Source of the DNA: a virus
IMG/VR virus record: IMGVR_UViG_3300021471_000006
Span: 32,001 to 96,000 of that record
Length of the DNA: 64,000 nt
Reading direction: 5' to 3' (one strand)
The notes under the pieces were generated by a model that was given only the letters and a program-made list of their open reading frames with translations, made no database searches and was not told where the DNA came from. Below, one piece after another: positions 8,994 to 19,590 of the stretch (positions are counted from its first letter, which is position 1; each line of letters opens with the position of its first letter). Position numbers and translations under genes: made by a program.

Positions 8994-11900
8994 GAACATA
9001 TTCAGATATATACAGAGATTTTTTAAAGTGGATGTACGATAAGACAGAGAATCCAAACTATCTTTGGGAAAATTTCTTTAAAAAATATGGAGAACAAGAA
9101 GGCAAGGCACTTCTCTATAAGTTTATTTTAGAACTTTGCTATGATTCTAAAGATGGAATGTATTATTTTATTAAATTTATAGTAGGAGACCTTATGGACT
9201 TAGGATATCCCAAACCTCTTAGATTCAATGGACTCTTAAGAAAATGGGATAAACTTGTCAAGAAATATAAACATCTTGCCATTTTATCTGCAAGAGGACA
9301 TGGAAAGACTGTTTTCTTTAGTGAGTTATTAAATGTCTATGACATGTTCTTATTTCCTTATAGAAGAGTAATAATAATTTCTGCGTCTCAAGACCAGGCA
9401 ATTCATATTCTTAATGAAATAAAAAATATTATTAAGAATAACGAATGGCTTAGTTCTAAAATATATGGCGGAACTTGGGCAAATGAGAGAATAGAATTCA
9501 ATAAAGGCTATATTATAGCTCGTGGAGTCGGTTCAGAGATTCTTGGTCAGCATGTAGACAGAATAGTAATAGATGATATAATAAGAACTGACATGAAATT
9601 ATCCGACCAAGAGATAGAAGACTATATTGATATGAATTTAGAACCTATGTTATTAGAAAGAAAAGGCCAGATAGTTTTAGTTGGTTGTGTAAATGAAGAT
9701 ACTATGGTATTGACAGAGAACGGATTTGAAAAAATAAAAAATCTAAAGAGAACAGATGAAAAACTGGAACAATATAATAAACCTATCTATGGTATTGACG
9801 GTTTTAATATAGCTACAGAAATCTTCGATAATGGAATAAAGGAAACCAAAAAAATAACGTTCCAATATGGATATGAACTTGAATGCACACCAAACCATCC
9901 ATTGCTAGTCTTAGACAAAGATGGAAGACTAATATGGAAGCGAACTGAAGAACTAACTAAAGAAGACTATATAGCGCTACAATATGGACAAGATGTTTTC
10001 GGACAAGATGATAAACTTCCTAGTATCTCTATAGCAGAATATAGAAAATATAATAAATTAAAAATAAATAAGATAACAGACGAATTAGCATACATATTAG
10101 GTCTTTATCTAGCTGAGGGCTCTTATTATAAGGAAGATTCAATTACTATTACAAATACAGAACTTGGAGAGAAATTATTAAATAATTCCATTGGAATGAA
10201 ATTTATGGACAAGAGAAACGACTCAGCACATTATACTTACCACTCAAGATATTTTGTGAGACTTCTAAAACAACTTGGTTTTAAGTTAGAAAAGTGTAAC
10301 TTAAAAGAGTTTCCAGATTTATGGAAATGGAAAAGAAATTTAATTATTTCATTCTTACGTGGATATGCTGATGGAGACGGATGTGTCACTGGAAATGAGG
10401 TAAAATTCACCAGTACAAGTAAAAAACTTCTTAAACAGATTCAATTAATTCTTTTAAATTTTGGAATAATAAGTTCCCTACATTCATATGATGGAAGGGG
10501 AGTTAAAAGAAATTCTGGTTTTAAAGTAAAACATATAAGATATGATTTAGTAATCTTAAGACCTTTCGTAAGAAAATTTTATGAGACGATTGGATTTGGA
10601 CTTGATAGAAAACAAAGAAAACTCAAGAAAATCTCTAAAGATTCAGATATACTAATTCCAAATATGTATAAGCTTTTGTATAAAGCTCTACAAACTACTA
10701 AGAAAAAAACAAATATAGGCAAGAACAATTACATCTATGGAAATTATAAAAAGAATCCAAAAATTAGTAAAAGACTACTTGCTTTTTTTGTAAATGAGTT
10801 AAAAAGAGAAAAAGCAAATAAATCTTTAATCGAAAAATTAGAATATTATCTGAGCACAAACTATTTCTTTGTGAATCCAGTATCTATAGAAGATGGAAAA
10901 TCAAGAACTATGGATTTTATAATACCTGAGACTCATTCATTTGTAGCCAATGGAGTAATGAGTCATAATACTCCAAAAAGAGCTGGAGATATTTTTAATA
11001 CGATTTTCCAGAGAGTAAAACTAGAACCGAAGACTTCTTGGAAAATAAGAAAGTTCCCTGCAATATTAGACTACGAGAAAAGAATTCTCCAATGTCCAGA
11101 CAGATTTACTTGGGAAGAGTTAATGGCTAAAAGACTTGCCATGACATCTCTTAAATTCGCTAGAGAATATCAGCTTGAATTTTTTTCAAGAGACCTCAGT
11201 CTTTTTCCAGCAGAGATAATTCAGCCAGCTAAAGATAGAGGGGGTGAGAAAGTTTTACTTAGAAAACTAGATAAAAGAACAGGAAATTGGATAATAGTAG
11301 GAGGCATAGATGTGGCAAGGGCCGGAACTGTATCTGGAGATTATACTGTAGTATTTTTAATAGCTTTTAATACAGTAACAAATGTTAAAGAAATCATCTA
11401 TATGTGGAGAGAAAAAGGACTAAAGATTAGTCTACAAGCAGAGAAAATAGCGGAGATAAGTAGAAAATTTAATCATCCATATTTTTTAGTTGAACAAAAC
11501 AATATGGGGCAAGAAATGTTAGAGAGACTGGCAGACATGAATGTAAATGTAGAGGGATTTACTACTGGAGCCAGAGGACAGAAAAAAGATGAACTAATTA
11601 GATTCTTAATAACTGCCTTCGAATATGAGCATATGATAATTCCCAGAGGAGATGAACATAGTCGTTATATGATGGACATACTTGAGGACGAACTTAGTAA
11701 ATTCTGTGTGACAAAAACACCAGCAGGCAATGAGAGATTCGAAGGCGTGGGTGCACACGATGATAGTTTGTGTGAAGGAACTTCTATAATAACCAATAAA
11801 GGTATTAAAAATGTTGAAGATATTAAAGTAGGTGAATACGTTTTGACCCATAAAGGTCGTTTTAAAAAGGTTGAAAAAACGATGTCAAAAACTTGTAATA

Positions 11901-13051
11901 GGACAAAAATTACTATAAAACCTTATGGTAACTTAAAATTTAGTCTTACTGATAATCATAAGTTGTTTGTAATGAAAAAACCTAAAAATAATATTAGAAA
12001 ACGTTTAAAAACAGATATTTATGAAATAGATTCGCAATATATTGATAAAGATAAGCATTTATTAATAAGTCCTATAAATAGAGAAGTTAAAAAAGTTGAT
12101 TTTATTGATATGAAAGATTATTTTTCAACTTCGGATGGTTGGATGTATAATGACGAATATTATTGGAATTATCGTTGGAAAGAAAAACGTTATAAAAGAT
12201 TCATACCAGTAGATAAAGAGTTTGCTTTTTTTATGGGTTGGTATGTTGGAGACGGTAGTATTAATAATTTTGTTTTTCATAAAAAAGATGAAGAATTAAC
12301 TAATAGAATAATTGGGTACGTTGAGAGTTTGGGTGTTAATGTTAGAGAACATTCTTATAATGATAATTATAGAGTTTTTGATTTTTGTTGTATACCGTTC
12401 CAAAACTTTTTAAAAACTCTCGGTAAGAGAGAAAACAAGCATTTACCAGAATTCATGTCTTTTTTAAATTCTGAATTACAAAAAGAAGTTATTAAAGGTT
12501 ATTGGAGCGCCAATGGAAGTGTTGTTAGAGAAAGAATGATTGCTCACACAATTTCAAAATCTTTAGCCTTCCAAATTAGAAACATGTTTTTAAGAAATAA
12601 TATTCCTTGTAATATTAATGAAATAACTAGACACAGATATGATAAACAGAATCTTAATCAGTTTGTTTTAGAAGTTAGCAAGTATTATAAACAAAAGTTT
12701 TATAACGAAAAAATTACAACTCGTGATTTTGGACAATCATTTATTAAAGGAGATTATTTGATTTCGTGCATAAACTGGCACGATTTAGTAATTTCCGATG
12801 AATTATATAATGTGTATGATTTACAGGTTGAAGAAGATAGAAGTTATTGCCCAAATGGCGTAGCTATTAGGAATTGTGTGATGGCCTTAGCACTTGCAAA
12901 CAAGGCGACACAAATAGCTGGAGTACCATTCGCTGTTACTAACTTTGGAGACGATGGAACAAGTGTAAATCATTTATATGAGGGGTTTGGAATAGCGAAA
13001 ACTGGAGAAAGTGACTTGGTCAATCAGATATTGAGTGGTATTATAAAATGA
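8990..13051 (+). CDS. terL: terminase large subunit with two inteins
   Basis: Walker A SARGHGKT, Walker B IVIDDI, coupling motif LVG|TP, FAREYQLE, RNase H-like GIDVA and HDD|CVMALALA. Confidence 0.95.
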   Translation: MRTYSDIYRDFLKWMYDKTENPNYLWENFFKKYGEQEGKALLYKFILELCYDSKDGMYYFIKFIVGDLMDLGYPKPLRFNGLLRKWDKLVKKYKHLAILSARGHGKTVFFSELLNVYDMFLFPYRRVIIISASQDQAIHILNEIKNIIKNNEWLSSKIYGGTWANERIEFNKGYIIARGVGSEILGQHVDRIVIDDIIRTDMKLSDQEIEDYIDMNLEPMLLERKGQIVLVGCVNEDTMVLTENGFEKIKNLKRTDEKLEQYNKPIYGIDGFNIATEIFDNGIKETKKITFQYGYELECTPNHPLLVLDKDGRLIWKRTEELTKEDYIALQYGQDVFGQDDKLPSISIAEYRKYNKLKINKITDELAYILGLYLAEGSYYKEDSITITNTELGEKLLNNSIGMKFMDKRNDSAHYTYHSRYFVRLLKQLGFKLEKCNLKEFPDLWKWKRNLIISFLRGYADGDGCVTGNEVKFTSTSKKLLKQIQLILLNFGIISSLHSYDGRGVKRNSGFKVKHIRYDLVILRPFVRKFYETIGFGLDRKQRKLKKISKDSDILIPNMYKLLYKALQTTKKKTNIGKNNYIYGNYKKNPKISKRLLAFFVNELKREKANKSLIEKLEYYLSTNYFFVNPVSIEDGKSRTMDFIIPETHSFVANGVMSHNTPKRAGDIFNTIFQRVKLEPKTSWKIRKFPAILDYEKRILQCPDRFTWEELMAKRLAMTSLKFAREYQLEFFSRDLSLFPAEIIQPAKDRGGEKVLLRKLDKRTGNWIIVGGIDVARAGTVSGDYTVVFLIAFNTVTNVKEIIYMWREKGLKISLQAEKIAEISRKFNHPYFLVEQNNMGQEMLERLADMNVNVEGFTTGARGQKKDELIRFLITAFEYEHMIIPRGDEHSRYMMDILEDELSKFCVTKTPAGNERFEGVGAHDDSLCEGTSIITNKGIKNVEDIKVGEYVLTHKGRFKKVEKTMSKTCNRTKITIKPYGNLKFSLTDNHKLFVMKKPKNNIRKRLKTDIYEIDSQYIDKDKHLLISPINREVKKVDFIDMKDYFSTSDGWMYNDEYYWNYRWKEKRYKRFIPVDKEFAFFMGWYVGDGSINNFVFHKKDEELTNRIIGYVESLGVNVREHSYNDNYRVFDFCCIPFQNFLKTLGKRENKHLPEFMSFLNSELQKEVIKGYWSANGSVVRERMIAHTISKSLAFQIRNMFLRNNIPCNINEITRHRYDKQNLNQFVLEVSKYYKQKFYNEKITTRDFGQSFIKGDYLISCINWHDLVISDELYNVYDLQVEEDRSYCPNGVAIRNCVMALALANKATQIAGVPFAVTNFGDDGTSVNHLYEGFGIAKTGESDLVNQILSGIIK
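9686..10969 (+). mobile_element. TerL intein 1 with LAGLIDADG endonuclease (428 aa)
   Basis: CVNEDT...CTPNHP...GLYLAEG...GYADGDG...MSHN followed by Thr. Confidence 0.93.
11765..12874 (+). mobile_element. TerL intein 2 (370 aa; Ser start, ends RN)
   Basis: SLCEGTS...LTDNH...GWYVGDG...VYDLQVEEDRSY...AIRN followed by Cys; removing it restores HDDCVMALA. Confidence 0.9.
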
Positions 13052-13148
13052 GAGAAATGAAAATTAAAGGAATTATAATTGAAAAAGATAGAATTACTTA
13101 TATTGGAACTTTTAATAAAAAAGAAACAGATACATGAGGTGAGAAAAT

Positions 13149-13346
13149 ATGGATAAGTTAGACTTTGAGAACAAAATATTAGAGTCTCTAAAATCTCTTC
13201 TAGGTTATGACGATAGATTAGTAATTCAAGAGGCTAAGATACATATTGGAACAAATATGCTTCCGGAAATAGAAGTGAAGTCTGTTATTGCTCCACACGG
13301 AGCCAAGTGCAAAGTAGTAGATAACTGGAGAGAAAGAATAGAATGA
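13149..13346 (+). CDS. hypothetical protein with the C-terminal W-box
   Basis: Ends KVVDNWRERIE. Confidence 0.6.
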   Translation: MDKLDFENKILESLKSLLGYDDRLVIQEAKIHIGTNMLPEIEVKSVIAPHGAKCKVVDNWRERIE

Positions 13347-13639
13347 AAAATTACAAAGCAAGTTGCAGAAAATGTGGAGAGAGTGTTGATATGGATAATT
13401 TAAAGAACCACAGATGTAAATTCTGGAAAAGATGGATTTTTTCTCCAGAAGTTACATGGGCTACCGCCTGGTACTTATGGATTCTAGGATGCTTTACAGC
13501 TTTAGCTTATATAGATAATCATTGGACATTCTGGATTTTTTTACTATTAGAGCTTACAGTATTTTTGTTTGACGAGAGTCTAAGAAAATTTTTAGAAGAA
13601 GGTGAGAATTTTGAAGTTAAAGAAAGGCAAAATAATTAA
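13343..13639 (+). CDS. small membrane protein with an N-terminal Zn-finger
   Basis: CRKC...H.C followed by two hydrophobic segments. Confidence 0.55.
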   Translation: MKNYKASCRKCGESVDMDNLKNHRCKFWKRWIFSPEVTWATAWYLWILGCFTALAYIDNHWTFWIFLLLELTVFLFDESLRKFLEEGENFEVKERQNN

Positions 13640-13988
13640 ATACTTGAAGTTTCTTAATAAATATAAAGAGCTAGTAGGTTTTGCTGGATGGAAAGTATTT
13701 TTGTATAACAAAGTTGAGCCTAATGATTCTATAGCTAGAATCTGGGCAGATGCCGCCGAAAAGGAGCTAGAAATCTATCTGTTTGAAAGTTTTCTAGAAC
13801 TGTCTGACGACCAGCAAAAGAATGTCTTGTTTCATGAGTTAGTCCATGCGAGAGTTGCTTATTTTAGAGTATTATCTAACAGGGCAACTGGCTTTCTTGA
13901 AGAAGACTTGGTCAATGATTTGGTTAGAGGATTTGAGAAATTTGGTGATTTTAAATGGCTAAAAACACGAAGGAGCAAGAGTACATAG
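13602..13988 (+). CDS. putative zincin-like metallopeptidase
   Basis: LFHELVHA (HExxH) with downstream EE. Confidence 0.6.
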   Translation: MRILKLKKGKIIKYLKFLNKYKELVGFAGWKVFLYNKVEPNDSIARIWADAAEKELEIYLFESFLELSDDQQKNVLFHELVHARVAYFRVLSNRATGFLEEDLVNDLVRGFEKFGDFKWLKTRRSKST

Positions 13989-14266
13989 ACGACCTAGAAG
14001 CAAGAGTAGGCAGATTTTATACTGAAACAAAAAGAAATCTAAGATTTAGTGCAAGAGGCGAGTGTGGAGAGATAGACTTCATGGGACGTGCAGCAAACAA
14101 CGGCTGGCATGTTTATGAGATAAAGGCTACAGGCCATTCCAGAGCTTTAAAAAGAGCCAGAAAGCAGCTGGAAAGAGCTAAAAGATGCCTGCCATATCAA
14201 GTCTCGGACTTGTTTATTTATATAGGGAGCTGTCAAGAGCTGATACCATATAGAGGACAAAAATGA
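13955..14266 (+). CDS. PD-(D/E)XK nuclease-fold protein
   Basis: GEIDF...VYEIK...ARKQL. Confidence 0.65.
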   Translation: MAKNTKEQEYIDDLEARVGRFYTETKRNLRFSARGECGEIDFMGRAANNGWHVYEIKATGHSRALKRARKQLERAKRCLPYQVSDLFIYIGSCQELIPYRGQK

Positions 14267-14624
14267 TTCGTTATTCTAGAGCAGGCATCCCATATGGGCA
14301 GTATGAGAAAGCAGAGAAAAAATATATTGAGAAACCAAATTCGGTGGGCTGGACTAATATTCTTTTAGTTGGGCTCTTAGCTCTTGTAATATTGTTGTAT
14401 CTGTTAACATAGTCAATAAGCTGCAGCTCGTAACACCAAAAAACTGGCTTTTTTCTCCCGAACCCGGGAAACTAGAAGTATCTTCTATTTAGATTAACTT
14501 CTCATAACAAAAATGGTTCTCCAGGAGTACCGAGGACGGCGAAATGGCTAAAACTTCTCTCCAGCTACACACGGCGTACTATTCTTTATACGCCATAAAG
14601 CAGAATGACGCCACTTCAAGCAAG

Positions 14625-14757
14625 ACTGTTACTACTATGTAGTGGTTGCGGCGGAGTCGCCATTATCTCGACAATTATCTGTAAAATCTCGTGTCGCCAT
14701 TTTATCGACACTCTAAAAACTGTTACTACTAATAAGTAATAAACTACTGTTACTACT
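14625..14757 (+). repeat. three direct repeats ACTGTTACTACT
   Basis: Exact copies at 14625, 14719 and 14746 in non-coding DNA. Confidence 0.85.
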
Positions 14758-14892
14758 GCCTAGTGAAACAAGCTTCTCTTTATAAATCTTTTGGTTTTAA
14801 ACGTCTTTTTTTGTCTTTACTTCCTAGTAGTAAAAAGTGCTTTTTCTCGTCTTAAAAAACCGTTTCACTATTAATAAGTAACAACCCAAAAA

Positions 14893-14908
14893 CAAAACAT
14901 TTAAATAC
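14893..14908 (+). promoter_or_regulatory. archaeal BRE-TATA promoter (probably leaderless transcript)
   Basis: AAAACATTTAAATA about 22 nt before ATG 14930. Confidence 0.7.
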
Positions 14909-14929
14909 TTACTAAAATACTATATACTT

Positions 14930-15511
14930 ATGGCAACAGCGAAAACAAACAAAAGCAAACAAGCCAGAACTAATAAAATAAATGTGGTGTTGTCAAAAAT
15001 GACAAAACAAAATGACTTTAAGAAAGTTGAAACAAAAGACTTAAATTCTGGCAACGTGGCATATTTTGAAAATAGCCATACGCCAGCAATAGAAAATGGT
15101 GCATACGTACACCATAGACCAAGTGAAGCAGTTTGGTTCACTGTGGACGCAATGAAAAAAATACAAGACAAGCTTGGCGTGGACTTTATGACAGTAAGTC
15201 CAATGAGAGCCACAATACAAGCTTTTAGAAAGCTTGGTGTAGAACTAGAAACAGAAGACTTTAATCGTTCTGCAAAAGCTGGATTACCAGCTGTGGCAAG
15301 TGATGACACAATAGAACTTAAAGAACTACAACTAGCAGTACAGAAACTTTATGCGCCAGATGGCAAAAGAAAACCACAAATAAGCAAAGAAGACTTAATA
15401 CAGAAATTTAAAGAGAGTGGCTTAACAGATGAGCAGATAAGAAAAGTAATTCCAAGCTACAAAGAAGTAAGCGTATTAGATAAGCTTACTGAATTAATTA
15501 AAAATATTTAA
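14930..15511 (+). CDS. hypothetical protein (possible early gene)
   Basis: 193-aa ORF with its own promoter; followed by hairpin AGTGGCGAAAGCCACT and a T-tract. Confidence 0.75.
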   Translation: MATAKTNKSKQARTNKINVVLSKMTKQNDFKKVETKDLNSGNVAYFENSHTPAIENGAYVHHRPSEAVWFTVDAMKKIQDKLGVDFMTVSPMRATIQAFRKLGVELETEDFNRSAKAGLPAVASDDTIELKELQLAVQKLYAPDGKRKPQISKEDLIQKFKESGLTDEQIRKVIPSYKEVSVLDKLTELIKNI

Positions 15512-16114
15512 GTGGCGAAAAGCCACTTTTTTATTTTTTTAATGGAGAGTGAAGCAAAAATGACATACACAATACAAGAGAACAAGATAATAAGCGAAAA
15601 GACCATAGAGCAAATCTCTTTAGAAGTTGGCTTAAGCTTAATAAATGGAGTGTGGAAAAAATGATTTTTTTTATTTTTAATTATATTCGGAAACAGCTGA
15701 CTTTTTACAGTTGGCAACACTTTAAGAGCGAAATAAAACAGCGTTTTAGAGAATGGAACTTAACTGATTTAATAGGAGCGTTTATACAATGAAACCACCA
15801 AGACCACCAAGACAGAATATAATAAACGTATGTTATCGTTACTTAGTACTATATTTATACTTAGTGAGTTTTATAATTGGTTACTTGATGGCTCACATCT
15901 ACTACTCAGTTAAGAAACGTCTTAGCTGAGCCCTTTTCTTTTTTACTACTGATAGATAGTGAACCGACGTCTCTCTGGAGCCGAGGGGAGGAGAGCAGTG
16001 GACATTATAGGCAGTCCAAACCTAGGCGACGCCTGTCCTAGATAGAGAGGCAGCACCACTAGAACCTTGTAATATATAGAAATATTTATAAACGCAAATG
16101 TATTAAACAGACAC

Positions 16115-16657
16115 ATGAAACTAATTAATGGCACTTTCAACGATTATAAAGTTCTTGCTAGTTATCACTATTTAGATAGACCATATTATATCACTTCTGT
16201 TTATAGTCTTGTCAAAGATAATATTATAATTGGAGTACTTGTTGCTGGCTTGCCATATCCAAACTGCAGAGCCAGAGATAAGAGAATTAACAAGATGAAC
16301 ATAACTTCTATTAAGAGAATAGTCATACTGCCAAAATATAGACATAATGGCTATGCTACACTTATGTTAAAAGAGTTTCTTAAAGTGGCAAAGACCAAAT
16401 ACGTTGAGATAATAGCAAAAGAACAGTTAGAGCCACTATTTAAGAACGCTGGTTTTAAGACCAAGAGATATATTAACTATAAGAATGAAAAGAAAGTCTA
16501 TGCCATCAGCAGTCGCCAGAATGACGCCTGTTCAAGACAAAACGGTATTTTCCGGGAGGTGTTAAGAGTGTATGATGAAAACGAGCCGGTAGAGTTTGGT
16601 GCTACATACTCAGAGGCATATCCAGATGACTGTGGACTAGACATCTACGGCGATTAA
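16115..16657 (+). CDS. GNAT-family acetyltransferase, related to the C-terminal domain of 53008..54501
   Basis: DYKVLASYHY, IKRIVILPKYRHNGYAT, KYVEI; TATA at 16079-16092. Confidence 0.75.
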   Translation: MKLINGTFNDYKVLASYHYLDRPYYITSVYSLVKDNIIIGVLVAGLPYPNCRARDKRINKMNITSIKRIVILPKYRHNGYATLMLKEFLKVAKTKYVEIIAKEQLEPLFKNAGFKTKRYINYKNEKKVYAISSRQNDACSRQNGIFREVLRVYDENEPVEFGATYSEAYPDDCGLDIYGD

Positions 16658-16822
16658 TTTTTTTTCAAATTATGATAGTCGCCTCGGTCCGGCGTCATTC
16701 TAGCCGAGCCGAGGAAAGCTACAAACACATATAGACAGGCAGAAAAGAAAGTTTGGCCGCTCGCGCCTCGGCAAGGTCGGTGCCAGTGCCGAGGCGAGGT
16801 TGGCACTTTTGGACAAAAAAAA

Positions 16823-17110
16823 TTATCGTTTTTTTGGGCGAATTATCCAAATGCCATCAACAGTCGTTGGTGCAGAGCCACTTTTATTTAATCTAACTTC
16901 TGTATATGTTGGATATTGTGCTCTAAAACCAGCCCTTATACATCTTAATCGTTCTTTACTGTCTATTGCGTGTCTTGTAAACTGATGTGGATTAAAGCAG
17001 ATAACGTGATGACTTTCCACATATTGCTTTAGTCTTGTCAGTTTAGCTATTCGTTCATCTAATATATCCAATACAACGGACTTATCTAATGTTCTCATTG
17101 CCATCACCAA
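16823..17110 (-). CDS. hypothetical protein
   Basis: Minus-strand ORF with TATA (reverse complement of 17129-17144) and GGTGA SD. Confidence 0.6.
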   Translation of the reverse strand: MVMAMRTLDKSVVLDILDERIAKLTRLKQYVESHHVICFNPHQFTRHAIDSKERLRCIRAGFRAQYPTYTEVRLNKSGSAPTTVDGIWIIRPKKR

Positions 17111-17248
17111 TATAATATAATATTTTCCTATTTATAAACTTTTTGTTTTTTTATTTAGGCGATTTCTGGACAGAAAACTTTGTTTGAGTCGGCGTCTTTC
17201 TGGCCTGCCCTGGGAGAGGGACTTTTGGCTAAATAAAAAAAATATGGG

Positions 17249-17419
17249 TCACATATTACAATAGGCGGCTATGATAGCTTCTATCTCTAGAGCCGTATTG
17301 TAATATTTTAGACAGTCTTTATCGCACCAGTGGCGCCCAGAACTATCTGTATAAGGCTCTGTAAGTTCTGTCTTACACCAGCCGCATTTAATTACTTTCT
17401 CAGGCGTTAATAGTTCCAT
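17249..17419 (-). CDS. small zinc-finger protein (56 aa; not in the ORF track)
   Basis: MELLTPEKVIKCGWCKTELTEPYTDSSGRHWCDKDCLKYY...; GGTGA SD and a CGAAACATTTATAAA promoter. Confidence 0.7.
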   Translation of the reverse strand: MELLTPEKVIKCGWCKTELTEPYTDSSGRHWCDKDCLKYYNTALEIEAIIAAYCNM

Positions 17420-17451
17420 TTTTATCACCAGCTTATATAAATACTTTAAGC

Positions 17452-17505
17452 TTTATAAATGTTTCGAAAATTTGACGGCTTAAAAGGAATGGAAAATTTT
17501 ATAAA
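17452..17505. promoter_or_regulatory. back-to-back divergent archaeal promoters
   Basis: Minus strand CGAAACATTTATAAA at 17452-17466; plus strand GAAAATTTTATAAA at 17492-17505. Confidence 0.7.
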
Positions 17506-17624
17506 TGGTAATTGCTTAATCTCTCTTGTAGTTAAATAAATTAGTTTAACTATGGCGGTGGAAATTTTACCCCCCAAAACACAACAAAGTAATTCTTTCC
17601 ACCGTCTTAAACTCTCATAAACTT

Positions 17625-17915
17625 ATGGAGGTGAGAACAATGGGAGCAGAAATAAAAGAAATACCCTACCAAAGGGGACCGAAAGCTGGACAAATGGCTC
17701 CGCCTAGATTATTTCTTTCTAGAGGAACCAAGACTCCAAGTGATACAGCATTTAGGCTGACACACAAGACAGCTAAATTAGTGTTAGCCAACATAGGCAA
17801 CATAGAGAAATATGTTAGCTTTATGGAGAACCGTGGAACAAAAACAGTTGCGGCAGCTGACAGCAGTAAATCCGATATCGTTAGTGAGATAGTTGACCTA
17901 GTAAAACAACTTTAA
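17625..17915 (+). CDS. hypothetical protein (likely start 17640)
   Basis: GGAGGTGA SD precedes ATG 17640. Confidence 0.65.
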   Translation: MEVRTMGAEIKEIPYQRGPKAGQMAPPRLFLSRGTKTPSDTAFRLTHKTAKLVLANIGNIEKYVSFMENRGTKTVAAADSSKSDIVSEIVDLVKQL

Positions 17916-17916
17916 A

Positions 17917-18171
17917 ATGCCCAATAGAGTATATGTCAGAGACGGCAGATATTTGATTAGACTGTCTGAGGCGACGCCAGAGCAACGCCGGACCTGTGAC
18001 CGGGTCATCTTGGACAATAAATTTGAGGTCATTAAGGTGATACCCGCCAAGAAACTCAGGCTTATTGATGCAAACCTGAGCCTAGTTAATCCGGTAGATA
18101 GAAACAAGTTAACCATCGGAGATGTTACAGGTTTTAATAAGCCAGAAGATAGGCTAATACAACTTATTTAG
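17917..18171 (+). CDS. hypothetical protein
   Basis: Coupled ORF followed by a T-rich terminator. Confidence 0.55.
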   Translation: MPNRVYVRDGRYLIRLSEATPEQRRTCDRVILDNKFEVIKVIPAKKLRLIDANLSLVNPVDRNKLTIGDVTGFNKPEDRLIQLI

Positions 18172-18828
18172 TTTCTTTTTCTTTTTTTTTCAATTTTTTA
18201 GATGGGGCTACTGCCGTCCGGCGTCATTCTGGCCGAGGCAAGGTGAACCCATCCGCCTTACCGGCGGCTATACGCACGCCGTTAGAGAGCCTCAGGCATC
18301 CAGCCTTAGGCGCACAGTGGACGGCTGACGCCGGGCAACTATCTGTAACAGTAAGACATCTATCTAGGGTAGGTGGCTAGGTGGATAGGGACAGTTTTCC
18401 AGCACCATTTAGCCGTACCAGCTGATAGTTATTTCACTACTTTCTAACCGTATCTTATTGTATAGACATACATAGTTGCCCGTGGGCTTCTATCTAGTCG
18501 CACTTACTCACACGCCGATAGGAATTCTTTATACATTTATTATATACTGATAGTTGCCCGAGGAGCGTGTGGAACGCAGGTAAATATGGCAAAAATCGAG
18601 GTTCTCTCCCACCCTAATAAAACTACTTGGGGCATATAAAACGCCAACCTACATATATAGGATTGCGTCAGGTTGAAATAGCTTTGATACCCTAGTTTAA
18701 TATAGTTTTTGATATACTTTAGGCGACTTTTGAATAGAAAAATTTATAAATGGTTTTTCACTATTAGCTACTGTCAGCAAGACAACACCACTAAGTCGGG
18801 CTGAACAAGCTAACGGAGGTCGATATAA

Positions 18829-19590
18829 GTGGCAAAAGAAAAACCAGCACGTAAAATAGAGGTTAAAAGTTCCTCATTGGGAAACTTTATCTACTATGCA
18901 CGTGATACACCTAAAGAAACTACGTTTGGGCACAGTTTCTTTGGAACAATAGACGCAAGAGGACTTAATTTGCTACAAGCAAATAAAGTACCCGTATATA
19001 GTGCGAAAGAGTATTGCGACGCCCTAGCACAAGCACTAACATTGCTTATGCGACAACACAACAAGAACGCACCCGCATTTCCAAGAGAGTTCTTGGGTAG
19101 TAGAGGTCCGTCTTGGAAAACTTCTAGAGAGAGAGAGGGAAACGAAATCTATATAGACGGAGTAAGATTTTACCCTGAAATAAAACAGAGATATGAAGAG
19201 GCAGAGAGATTGAAAGAACTTGCTAAACAGCAAAAAGCAGTAAAAGTAGAAACGCCTAAAGTAGTTGCACAACCACAAACAATAGAGGTAGAGATGCCTC
19301 AGGCAGTACCATCTGCTCCGACACAAGTAGTAACAGCAAAACCACAAGCAGTAAATACACCCGTTACAGCAGTTGCAGATAGCACAAAAGACCCGGATGC
19401 TGAAGCCGTCAGAAAAATTCTAACAGCAAGAGATACAAAGAATTTTACCGACAAGCAGATACAAGAGGCTTTAGTAGCTAAATACGGGAAACAAAGAGGA
19501 GCAGAATTGTGGAACAAGGCAATAGCTTCTCTAACACCGACAACACCAACAGTTCCAGAGATACCCGTGCCACCACAAATTGATTTATAA
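18829..19590 (+). CDS. hypothetical protein with a Pro/Thr/Ala-rich linker
   Basis: GGAGGT SD, TATA at 18737-18750, hairpin and T-tract after the stop. Confidence 0.75.
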   Translation: MAKEKPARKIEVKSSSLGNFIYYARDTPKETTFGHSFFGTIDARGLNLLQANKVPVYSAKEYCDALAQALTLLMRQHNKNAPAFPREFLGSRGPSWKTSREREGNEIYIDGVRFYPEIKQRYEEAERLKELAKQQKAVKVETPKVVAQPQTIEVEMPQAVPSAPTQVVTAKPQAVNTPVTAVADSTKDPDAEAVRKILTARDTKNFTDKQIQEALVAKYGKQRGAELWNKAIASLTPTTPTVPEIPVPPQIDL

